Shown: positions 7,822 through 15,978 of the stretch, one piece after another
Position numbering within the stretch: position 1 is the first letter of the stretch
Layout of the letters: every line of letters starts with the position of its first letter
Assembly: GCA_046726415.1 (NCBI GenBank)
Contig: JBKPAK010000082.1
Location: 1 to 22,841 of the forward strand
DNA length: 22,841 nt
Reading direction: 5' to 3'
From: Candidatus Methylomirabilota bacterium
Lineage (GTDB): Bacteria > Methylomirabilota > Methylomirabilia > Rokubacteriales > CSP1-6
Translations under genes and position numbers: made by a program
Notes under the pieces: model-generated
The model's input: the letters and a program-made list of their open reading frames with translations, nothing else
Databases searched by the model: none
What the model was told of the DNA's origin: nothing

Positions 7822-8447
7822 CAGGGGTCGAAGTATTTTCTGAGCAGCGGCGCCCACGAAGCCAGCAGCCGCGCGACGGCGCCGGGCACCTTGGCCTGGT
7901 CGTCCCAGCGGCGTAGCGCGAGCGCGTCGTCGAGCCAGGGACACGCCCGGAAGGTTTCCACTTCGGCCGGCGTCATGACGCCGCCCTGCAGGAGGAGCGT
8001 CCGCTGCGACGCCGGGGAGAGCAGGGCGTAGTACTGGGGCTCCGTGGCGCACAGATAGCGCTTGGCATCGGCGTGCATGCGCACGCACCACGCCACGCGT
8101 TTCGGGACCCAGGGCGCGATCAGGTCAGCACCCGCATCGTGATGTCCCCGCCGGGCACCTGAGAACACCGCGCCCGCGCTAGCCTCGGGCCACGCGGTGG
8201 GCCTGCCCTCCTCGAGGCGGAACTCGGGGATCTCGGAGGTGGTCTCCGTCGCGTCGGAGACGAGTGACTGCGGCACCGCGTAGCGCCCAACGTCGTGGAG
8301 CAGAGCCGCCAGCACCAGCTCTTCGTCGGCGCCCGCCGAGGCGGCCAGCTCGGCGCACGGGAGCGCGTGATCCAGCTCCGAGACGGCTTCCCCACCGTAC
8401 CGGCGCGCGGCGGAGCGGGTCATCGACTCGAGCAGCCGGTCGGCCAT
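7821..8447 (-). CDS. HD-domain diiron oxygenase, PhnZ/TmpB-like
   Basis: YGGEAV..LDHAL, ALLHDVG, HHDAGA, RMHADAKRYL, LSPASQRTLLLQGG, LRRWDDQAK; start ATG 8447 (or GTG 8456). Confidence 0.85.
   Translation of the reverse strand: MADRLLESMTRSAARRYGGEAVSELDHALPCAELAASAGADEELVLAALLHDVGRYAVPQSLVSDATETTSEIPEFRLEEGRPTAWPEASAGAVFSGARRGHHDAGADLIAPWVPKRVAWCVRMHADAKRYLCATEPQYYALLSPASQRTLLLQGGVMTPAEVETFRACPWLDDALALRRWDDQAKVPGAVARLLASWAPLLRKYFDP
8161..8246. repeat. Palindromic insert inside the HD-domain gene
   Basis: Ends GAGAACACC/GGTGGTCTC (8/9 inverted), internal GCCTCG/CGAGGC; coincides with ~29 extra residues between HD and the next His. Confidence 0.55.
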
Positions 8448-8463
8448 GGAGCTCACGGCGATC

Positions 8464-9390
8464 TCAGTGAACCAGCTCGAACTTCTGCAGCGAGCGGATC
8501 TCGCGCGGCGGACTCTCGAGGCTGCCCTTGGCCGTCCACGCGACTTCGGCGACGTAGAGGTCCCCCCGGGAGTCGACCGAGCATCCGTGGGGAGCGATGA
8601 ACTCGCCCGGCTGCTCACCGGCGAACCGGCCGCCGACCCGGCCCACGACGTCACCCTTGAGCGTCACCATGCTCACGCGCGCACCGAGATTCGGCACCGC
8701 GGCGCTCACCGCCAGGCCCGCCGGCAGCTCCCCGACGTAGAGGAGGCCGCCGTTTCTCCGCGCGCAGAAGAGACCGCAGGGGCGGTGCAAGTTGTTGATC
8801 TGGGCCAGATACTGCCCCTGGCCATCGAAGACCTGCACCCGGTGATTCTCGCGATCGGCGACGTAGACGAGCCCGGCGGCGTCGGTGGCGATGTTGTGGG
8901 GGAGGTTGAAGCAGCCGGGATCGGTGCCCGGCTCGCCCCACGAGAGGAGATGGCGGCCCTTCGGGTCGTACTTGTGCACCCGTGAGTTGCCGTATCCATC
9001 CGAGACGTAGATGTCGCCGCGCTTCGGGCAGAGCGCGACGTGCGTGGGACGATTGAACGGCTTCCCCCCCTGCAAGGTGGACGGGGTGTCGGGATCGCCG
9101 ATGGTCAAGAGCAGTTTCCCATCGCGGGTGAACTGGCGAATGGTGTGATGGAGGTCGTCGGTGAGCCACAGGGTCCCGTCGGGCGCACTCGTGATGCCGT
9201 GGGCTCGGCGGATGAGCCCTTCGCCCCACGAACGGCGAACGTTGCCCTCGCGGTCGAACATGATCACGGGATGCCGCCCGCGGTTGAAGACCCACACGTG
9301 GTCGTCCTGGTCGACGGCCACGCTGGTCGCCTCGACGAATGACCAGCCCTCCGGCAGACGGCCCCAGCCTGGAAGGGGACGATAGTGCAT
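8464..9390 (-). CDS. NHL beta-propeller, peptidyl-alpha-hydroxyglycine alpha-amidating lyase (PAL)-like
   Basis: AHGI, FNRPTHVA, YVSDGYGNSRV, LPHNIA, VADRENHRVQVF, APHG; GAGGTG RBS before ATG 9390. Confidence 0.88.
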   Translation of the reverse strand: MHYRPLPGWGRLPEGWSFVEATSVAVDQDDHVWVFNRGRHPVIMFDREGNVRRSWGEGLIRRAHGITSAPDGTLWLTDDLHHTIRQFTRDGKLLLTIGDPDTPSTLQGGKPFNRPTHVALCPKRGDIYVSDGYGNSRVHKYDPKGRHLLSWGEPGTDPGCFNLPHNIATDAAGLVYVADRENHRVQVFDGQGQYLAQINNLHRPCGLFCARRNGGLLYVGELPAGLAVSAAVPNLGARVSMVTLKGDVVGRVGGRFAGEQPGEFIAPHGCSVDSRGDLYVAEVAWTAKGSLESPPREIRSLQKFELVH

Positions 9391-9451
9391 GGCGATCACC
9401 TCTCGTGTCGGATGGCGCGACGCCGAAGAGCGTGACCCCGAACGCCACCGA

Positions 9452-9474
9452 TGTCAACGACGCGACGGTATACT
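9452..9474. promoter_or_regulatory. Divergent promoter region: TATACT (+, 9469-9474) and TTGACA (-, 9457-9452)
   Basis: Consensus-like hexamers in the 95-bp gap between divergent genes; the partner hexamers are weak. Confidence 0.4.
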
Positions 9475-9485
9475 GCGAGGCGCGC

Positions 9486-11810
9486 ATGACCACGCCGCTC
9501 GGCCGCTCCGTCCTCCGCAGGGAAGATCGTCGCCTTCTCACCGGTCGCGGCCGCTATCTCGACGACCTGCGCCTGCCCGACATGCTCCACGCGGCCATCG
9601 TGCGGAGCCCGCACGCCCATGCGCGCTTCGCGCGGGTGGACACCGAGGCGGCCATCGCCATGCCCGGTGTGGTCAGCGTGCTGACCGGCGCCGATCTGCC
9701 GGAATGCCAGGCGGCGATTCCGCCGTTCATCCCCGGGAAGCTCCGGCCGTATCCGCATCCGGCCATCGCTCGCGGACTGGTCCGCCACGCCGGCGAGGCG
9801 GTGGCCATCGCGCTGGCCGGTGACGGTTATCGCGCCGCCGACGCCGCGCTCGCCGTGACGGTGGACTACGAACCGCTTCCCGTCGCCGCCCACGTCGACG
9901 CCGCCCTCGCGCCGGGTGCGCCGCGTGTCTTTGCCGAATGGCCTGATAACGTCGCCGGCCCCTCGCAGGGCGCGGTGGGCTCCGTGGACACGGGATTCGC
10001 GGAGGCCCAGGTCATCGTGGAGACCGAGCTGACGTTCCCGCGGATTGCGCCACTTCCGCTCGAGCCGCGCGGCGTCCTCGCCTGGCCATCGGCTCATGAC
10101 CGACGCCTGACGATCTGGAGCTCGACTCAGGTTCCTTACTCCGTGCGGAGCGCGGTGGCCGCGGCGCTCGATCTTGCGGAGGAGGACGTGCGGATCCTGG
10201 CTCCTGACGTCGGCGGCGGCTTCGGCGGCAAAGGGCACGTCTATCCCGAGGACGTGCTGATCGCCGCCGTCGCCCGTCGCCTGGGTCGTCCCGTCAAATG
10301 GGTGGAGACGCGCTCCGAGCATTTCCTGGCCGCCTCCCCGGATCGGGATCAGCGTCACACCGCCCGGCTCGGGGTGCGCGCCGACGGAACCATCGCAGCG
10401 CTCGAGACCACGTTCACCCGCGACCACGGCGCCTACCCGACGCTCGGCGAAGTCATGCCCCAGAACACGATCAACCACCTTCCCGGCCCGTACCGGGTGC
10501 CGCACTACCGCGCGGCGGCTCTCAGCGTGGTGACGCACAAGACGTTCTCCGGCGCCTATCGCGGCGCGGGGCGCCCGGAAGCGGCCTTCGTGCTCGACCG
10601 CCTCCTGGATCACGCCGCCCGCCGGCTCGGCATGGACGCAGCCGAGCTGCGACGTCGCAATCTCATCCGCCCGGAAGAGATGCCATACGCCACGGGCCTC
10701 GCCTATCGCGACGGGGCCGTGATCACCTACGATCCCGCCGATTACGTGGCTGGCTTCGACCTGGCATTGCGCCGACTCGGGTACACCGAGTGGCGCGCGG
10801 AGCAGCGGCGGCGGCGCGGGATGCGGTGCCCCCTCGGGCTCGGGGTCTCCGCCTACGTCGAGGGAACGGGCATCGGACCTTTCGAGGGCGCCGACGTCCG
10901 CATCGACCCGAGTGGAACCGTATATCTGTTCGTCGGCGTCTCTAGCCAGGGACAGGCCCACGAGACGACCTTGGCCCAGGTCTGCGCGGCCGAGCTGGGG
11001 GTGGACGTCGACCAGGTCGTGGTGATCGGAGGGGACACCAGCGCGATTCCCCACGGGATGGGCACCATCGCCAGCCGCGTCGCCGCGGTGGCCGGCCCCG
11101 CCATTGCGCGGGCCTCCCGCGACGTCGCCCGCCGCGCGCGGTTGGTGGCGGCCGAGATGCTGGAATGCGCGGCCGACGACGTGGTGTTGGCCGGAGGACG
11201 CGCGCAGGTCGCCGGCGTTCCCTCGCGCGGCGTCACCCTCGGCGCACTCGCGCGGGCGGCCCTGCGGAGCCCCGCGCTCGCCCGCGAGAATGAACCGGGG
11301 CTCCACACGTGCGGCTACTTCTTTCCGCGCTCCGTCACCTGGGCCTTCGGGGCCCATGCCTGCGTCGTGGAGCTCGACACCGAGACCGGCGCCGTGCGGG
11401 TCCTGCGCTACGTGGCCGTCCACGACTGCGGCCGTCCCATCAATCCCATGATCGTGGAAGGCCAGCTCCACGGCGGCATCGCCCAGGGGATCGGCACTGC
11501 GTTCTCCGAAGCGCTGATCCACGACGCCGATGGCCAACTGCTGACCGGGTCGCTGATGGAGTACGGACTCCCGCGCGCCGATGATGTGCCCACCCTGGAG
11601 GTCGACGCGCTCGACCATCCGTCCGCCGTGAACGATCTGGGCATCAAAGGCGTGGGCGAGAGCGGAGTCATCTCGCCGTCGGTGGCGATCGCCAATGCCG
11701 TGGAGGACGCGCTGGTCACCGCCGGAGCCCCCGCCGACGCGATGCTCATCGCGCGACTCCCGGTGACGCCGGCCCGGGTGTGGGACGCCAGCCGGCGCCG
11801 ATCGCCCTGA
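9486..11810 (+). CDS. Xanthine dehydrogenase-family molybdopterin-binding subunit (form II CoxL-like)
   Basis: REDRRLLTGRGRYLDD, RSPHAHA, DVGGGFGGK, AYRGAGRPEA, GQAHETT, DCGRPINP, GQLHGGIAQGIG, GIKGVGESG; ATG 9486 chosen. Confidence 0.92.
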   Translation: MTTPLGRSVLRREDRRLLTGRGRYLDDLRLPDMLHAAIVRSPHAHARFARVDTEAAIAMPGVVSVLTGADLPECQAAIPPFIPGKLRPYPHPAIARGLVRHAGEAVAIALAGDGYRAADAALAVTVDYEPLPVAAHVDAALAPGAPRVFAEWPDNVAGPSQGAVGSVDTGFAEAQVIVETELTFPRIAPLPLEPRGVLAWPSAHDRRLTIWSSTQVPYSVRSAVAAALDLAEEDVRILAPDVGGGFGGKGHVYPEDVLIAAVARRLGRPVKWVETRSEHFLAASPDRDQRHTARLGVRADGTIAALETTFTRDHGAYPTLGEVMPQNTINHLPGPYRVPHYRAAALSVVTHKTFSGAYRGAGRPEAAFVLDRLLDHAARRLGMDAAELRRRNLIRPEEMPYATGLAYRDGAVITYDPADYVAGFDLALRRLGYTEWRAEQRRRRGMRCPLGLGVSAYVEGTGIGPFEGADVRIDPSGTVYLFVGVSSQGQAHETTLAQVCAAELGVDVDQVVVIGGDTSAIPHGMGTIASRVAAVAGPAIARASRDVARRARLVAAEMLECAADDVVLAGGRAQVAGVPSRGVTLGALARAALRSPALARENEPGLHTCGYFFPRSVTWAFGAHACVVELDTETGAVRVLRYVAVHDCGRPINPMIVEGQLHGGIAQGIGTAFSEALIHDADGQLLTGSLMEYGLPRADDVPTLEVDALDHPSAVNDLGIKGVGESGVISPSVAIANAVEDALVTAGAPADAMLIARLPVTPARVWDASRRRSP

Positions 11811-11900
11811 TCGTCGTCGGGCAGAATCGACCCCCCGGACCCTCGTCCAGCACGCGGAACGCTTTCGCCGCAGCGCGATCTCGACCCCGGCGGGCCGGGA

Positions 11901-12314
11901 TCAGAGCCGCCCGACGAGCCGGCGGTCGGAGTCGTAGCGAAGGCGAGACGTCGCCTCGGCGGGAGGGAGCCAGGCGGTTTCGTCGACCTCGTGGTCGTGC
12001 TCGCCGACCTTGGCCACCGGACGCATGAGATACCAGCGCACCGTCTTCTTGATGCGCTGCCCGTTGCGCTGGAACCAGTAGGTGACGGCTTCCAGCTCGC
12101 GCACCACCTCACATTCGTAGCCGGTCTCCTCGCGCACTTCCCGCAGGGCGGCTTGCTCGCTGGTCTCGCCCGTCACCAACGTTCCCTTGGGGAGGGTCCA
12201 CACGGGCTGGTTGCGGAGATCGCGGGCCCTGATGAGCAACACCTGCCCCTGCGCGTCAACCACCAGCCCCCCGGCGGAGAACTCGAGGATCGGTCGCGGC
12301 CTCGCGTCCGGCAT
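11901..12314 (-). CDS. NUDIX hydrolase
   Basis: SAGGLV, WTLPKG and Nudix box GTLVTGETSEQAALREVREETG; TATCAT 8 nt upstream. Confidence 0.92.
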   Translation of the reverse strand: MPDARPRPILEFSAGGLVVDAQGQVLLIRARDLRNQPVWTLPKGTLVTGETSEQAALREVREETGYECEVVRELEAVTYWFQRNGQRIKKTVRWYLMRPVAKVGEHDHEVDETAWLPPAEATSRLRYDSDRRLVGRL

Positions 12315-12413
12315 CGCGCTTCATGATACGCGAGCCGAGCCCGTTCCGGCTCCCGCCGCGGCGGCGCTTCGCGCGCCGCGACGATCCACCGTAGACTGGG
12401 CAGCGACGCTGAA

Positions 12414-12435
12414 TCACTTGATGATCATCACGTGA
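12414..12435. promoter_or_regulatory. 22-bp AT-rich palindrome, putative operator overlapping the helicase start
   Basis: TCACTTGATGATCATCACGTGA, perfect 12-bp core TGATGATCATCA; TAGACT at 12392-12397. Confidence 0.5.
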
Positions 12436-14084
12436 GCTCTGACGCGCTCCTGGACCACTTCCCTTCCGGCGCCACCCCGCGCCCCCTCCAGGCTCGTCTG
12501 CTCGCGCGGCTCGACGACGCACTCGCCGAGGCCGAGCGCGATCCCCGCGCGCCGCGTGTGTTCCTCGTCGAGGCCCCGCCCGGCGTGGGCAAGAGCCACG
12601 TGGCCATGACGCTCGCCCGCTGGAGTGGAGATGCGTATCTCCTCACCTCGCAGAAGCTCTTGCAAGATCAGTACGAGCGCGATTTTGCCGGGGCGCTGCA
12701 CGTGGTGAAGGGACGGGACAACTATGTGTGTGAACGATACCCCGATGCGCGCGTGCCGACCTCTCAGGGCCTGTGCCGGCGCCCGCGCGGCCCACAGTGT
12801 CACTGTCCGTACGCCCGCGCCAAGGCGGCGGCGCTCGCCGGAGCCATCTTCTGCACGAATACCGCGTACTTCGCCACCCTGCGCCATTGGTATGGCGAAC
12901 ACCTGCCGCGTCGGCGTTTGCTGGTCATCGACGAGGCGCACAATCTCGAGGCGCAACTCGTGGGCGTCACCACAGTGGCCTTCTCCCCCGATCAGATGAA
13001 AGAGTGGTTCGGCGGACGCCTGCCACGCCTGGACTCGGCCGATGACTATCGTCCCCTCCTGGCGCCCCACGTCACCGCGCTCCAGGCGCAGCTGACCGCC
13101 ATCGAGCGCGCGCTGGAGGCGCGGCGTCCCCAGCGCGATTGGCTCGACCTGACACCGTCCCGCGAAGAGCTGGAGCTGCTCGCGACCCGACACCGACTGA
13201 ACAGCGGTCTGGCTAGCCTGCGCTACTTCGTCGACGGCACCGTGGTCGAGTGGGTCGTGCGCTATCCGGCCGACCCCAGGGCGAGCCTGGAGCTGATCCC
13301 CCTACGGGTGGCGGCCCTCGCCCCGTCACTGCTCTGGGATGCGGCCGAGATCGCCGTGCTGTCCTCCGCGTATCTCGGTCGGCGCGAGGCACTTGCCCAG
13401 TGCCTCGGCCTCGACGAGGACCGCGTGCAGACCTTTGCCGTCGACTCGCCCTTCGCGCTCACCCAGCGACCGCTCGTGTACCGGCCGGTGGGACGTCTGT
13501 CGCGCACAACGCTGGCCGGTCTGGAGCCCGCGCTCTTCGCGGAGATCGCCAACATCCTCCGGCGCCACGCCACCGACAAGGGCCTCGTCCACGCGGCGTC
13601 GTACGCCGCCGCTCGACGCCTCGTCCGGGCCCTGGTGGAGATCGCGCCGGATCAGGCCTCGCGGCTCCTCTTGGTCGAGGGCGGAGAGCGCCCCCGCGCC
13701 CTCGAATTGCACCGCAGCCTGCGCGCGCCAACCGTGCTCATCTCCCCCTCGCTGCGCGAGGGGGTCGACCTCCCCGACGACTTCCTGCGCTTTCAGGTGA
13801 TTGCCAAGATGCCGTATCCGGATCTCGGCGATCCATGGACGGCGGCCCGACACGAGCGCGATCCGCGCTGGTATGCGTTGGAGACCGCCAAGGCTCTCGT
13901 GCAGGCGTACGGGCGTTCGTGCCGGCATGACGATGACCACGGGACGACCTACATCCTCGATGGGCAGTTCGAGCGCTTCATCGCCCTCGACCGGGTTCTC
14001 CTGCCCGAGTGGTTTCTCGAGGCGGCGGACGCGGCGCTGCGTGACCATCACTGGAGGCAGAACTCCGCGCCGTCGTCATTCTGA
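12432..14084 (+). CDS. DinG/XPD(Rad3)-family SF2 helicase, compact, with Fe-S-type cysteines
   Basis: Walker A EAPPGVGKS, KGRDNYVC, GLC..QCHCPY, IDEAH, SPF, EGVDLP, KMPYP, QAYGRSCR...D.G..YILD. Confidence 0.88.
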   Translation: MSSDALLDHFPSGATPRPLQARLLARLDDALAEAERDPRAPRVFLVEAPPGVGKSHVAMTLARWSGDAYLLTSQKLLQDQYERDFAGALHVVKGRDNYVCERYPDARVPTSQGLCRRPRGPQCHCPYARAKAAALAGAIFCTNTAYFATLRHWYGEHLPRRRLLVIDEAHNLEAQLVGVTTVAFSPDQMKEWFGGRLPRLDSADDYRPLLAPHVTALQAQLTAIERALEARRPQRDWLDLTPSREELELLATRHRLNSGLASLRYFVDGTVVEWVVRYPADPRASLELIPLRVAALAPSLLWDAAEIAVLSSAYLGRREALAQCLGLDEDRVQTFAVDSPFALTQRPLVYRPVGRLSRTTLAGLEPALFAEIANILRRHATDKGLVHAASYAAARRLVRALVEIAPDQASRLLLVEGGERPRALELHRSLRAPTVLISPSLREGVDLPDDFLRFQVIAKMPYPDLGDPWTAARHERDPRWYALETAKALVQAYGRSCRHDDDHGTTYILDGQFERFIALDRVLLPEWFLEAADAALRDHHWRQNSAPSSF

Positions 14085-14185
14085 GACCGGTCGGCCGTGC
14101 ATTCACCCCGATCGCGCGGGAATGACTTCTGGCCCGGGCCGGAGGAGCCCGCTGGCCGATTCGAACCGGGTGGGGTGAGTCGCCC

Positions 14186-15664
14186 TTACGCCGCGCCGGC
14201 CGCGGAACGGCCGGCGATCCGTCCAAAGACGGCGCCGGCCATGAGTCCGGCGCCTCCCGGGTAGTTGTGATAGAAGAGTCCACCCAGCAGCTCACCGGCC
14301 GCGTAGAGCCCGGGAATGGGATGCTGCTCGCAGTCGATCACCTGTCCGTCCTCGGTAATCTTCAGACCTCCAAAGGTGAAGGTGATGCCCGTGGTGACGG
14401 CATACCCGACGTAAGGGGGTGAGTCGAAGGGCAGGGCCCAGTTCGACTTCGCCGGGGTGATGCCGCGCGTGCCCTTGCCGTCCTTGATGGCGGGGTTGTA
14501 CTCACCCGGTTGCACGGCGGCGTTGTACGCGGTCATCGTTCGCACGAGGCCCTCGACGTCAATCTCCAGCTTACGCGCCAGTTCCTCGAAGGTCATGGCC
14601 TCGGCCTTGGTGACCTCGCGGATGCGATACTCCTCGCGCAGCTTGTCGACGACCTTCTGATCGAAGATCTGGAACGCGGCCCGCCGCGGCTGCTCGATGA
14701 CCGCCCGCCCGTACTTCACGTACGTGTAGTTGCGAAAGTCGGCGCCCTCGTCCACGAAGCGTTCGCCCCGGCTGTTGACGATGAGGCCGAGGGGATAGGA
14801 GTGCTTCTGGAAGTTGTCCCCCACCTTGCGGTCGCCATGCCAGGGGGCGTTGTAGTCCCACTGCACCGAGTGGCAACCGCTCCAGTGCCCCCAGGGCAAG
14901 GCGCCGATGTCGAGGGCCATGCGGATGGCATCGCCGGTGTTGTAGGGCGTGCCGCGCACCCGGGCGAGATCCCAGTTGCGGCCGAGGTAGCGCGTGCGCA
15001 TTTCGGGATTGGCTTCGAAGCCGCCGGCGGCGAGCACCACGGCCCGCGCCCCGATCTGCTCCAGGCCATCGCCCGTGCGCGCCTCGATTCCCGTCACCCT
15101 ACCCCGGGTATCGGTCAGCAGTCGCATCGCCTTGGTCTCGAACCGCACGTCGATGCCCCGGCGGGCCGCCGAGGCATACTCCATGTCGACGAGTCCAGGA
15201 CCACCTCCCACGGCCTCCAGCACGAGCCCACCCCAGAAGCGGAACTTCCCTCCCACTTTGTAGGCCTGGCGACCGAACATGGGAATCCAGCGGATGCCCT
15301 GATCGCGCATCCAGCGCACGGTCGCCTGAGAGTGCCGCACGAGCGTCAGCGCCATGTCGGGATCGGCGAGGTCCTCGGTCACCCGCATGAGGTCGTCGTA
15401 GAAGGCGTCCTCCGTGTAGGGGTCCACCTCCATCGACGCCTTCTCCTCGTCGGAGAGGTCGCCGACCAGCTCGCACAGTTCCTCGAAGCTCTTGAAGGCG
15501 AAGCGGAACCCGCCCGCCGTGAAGAAGGAGTTGCCGCCGCGCCAGGCTTCCGGGGCCTTCTCCACCACCAGCACGCGAGCCCGGTGCTCTCGCGCGGACA
15601 GCGCCGCACAGAGCGCGGCGTTGCCTCCGCCCACCACGATGACGTCGTAGGATGCCGTCGCCAT
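14186..15664 (-). CDS. tcuA: FAD-dependent oxidoreductase, tricarballylate dehydrogenase TcuA-like
   Basis: DVIVVGGGNAALCAALSARE, RGGNSFFT, LAAGGFEAN, VRGTPYNTG, GERFVDEG, GITFTFGGL, GLYAAGE, GAVFGRIAG; TGATG coupling with ethD. Confidence 0.8.
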   Translation of the reverse strand: MATASYDVIVVGGGNAALCAALSAREHRARVLVVEKAPEAWRGGNSFFTAGGFRFAFKSFEELCELVGDLSDEEKASMEVDPYTEDAFYDDLMRVTEDLADPDMALTLVRHSQATVRWMRDQGIRWIPMFGRQAYKVGGKFRFWGGLVLEAVGGGPGLVDMEYASAARRGIDVRFETKAMRLLTDTRGRVTGIEARTGDGLEQIGARAVVLAAGGFEANPEMRTRYLGRNWDLARVRGTPYNTGDAIRMALDIGALPWGHWSGCHSVQWDYNAPWHGDRKVGDNFQKHSYPLGLIVNSRGERFVDEGADFRNYTYVKYGRAVIEQPRRAAFQIFDQKVVDKLREEYRIREVTKAEAMTFEELARKLEIDVEGLVRTMTAYNAAVQPGEYNPAIKDGKGTRGITPAKSNWALPFDSPPYVGYAVTTGITFTFGGLKITEDGQVIDCEQHPIPGLYAAGELLGGLFYHNYPGGAGLMAGAVFGRIAGRSAAGAA

Positions 15665-15978
15665 CAGCCGATGACCTCGCTGATCTGCACCTGCGACGGG
15701 ATGTTCGTGAAGTTCGGGACGTCGTCGAAGAGCTCCCGGCCATGGGCCGCGCTGGCCCGCTGAAAGTCGTTGAGCGCGTTGAAGTACACGTGACCCACCG
15801 CGATGGAGGGCGCGGGTGCCCCCGGCGCGCCCCCCGCCACCCCGCGGTCCACTTCGGAGCGCACCAACCCCATGCGGCCCCAACGCTGGCGCACGAGCGA
15901 CATGTGCGTGTCGACGTAGTAGCCGCGATCGAAGGTCTTCCCCCCACCGCTCGGGTACATGACGGAGATGCGAATCAT
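15664..15978 (-). CDS. EthD-family protein
   Basis: MIRISVMYP, FDRGYYVDTHM, DVPNFTNI; ATGA overlap with the ppk1 stop. Confidence 0.88.
   Translation of the reverse strand: MIRISVMYPSGGGKTFDRGYYVDTHMSLVRQRWGRMGLVRSEVDRGVAGGAPGAPAPSIAVGHVYFNALNDFQRASAAHGRELFDDVPNFTNIPSQVQISEVIG

Noticed and set aside
9486-11810. Calling this a true CO dehydrogenase (coxL form I)
   Set aside because: It lacks the AYxCSFR copper-binding motif and the accessory cox genes.
14154-14170. tRNA T-loop-like GGTTCGAATC on the minus strand
   Set aside because: Flanks do not form a T-stem and there is no cloverleaf.
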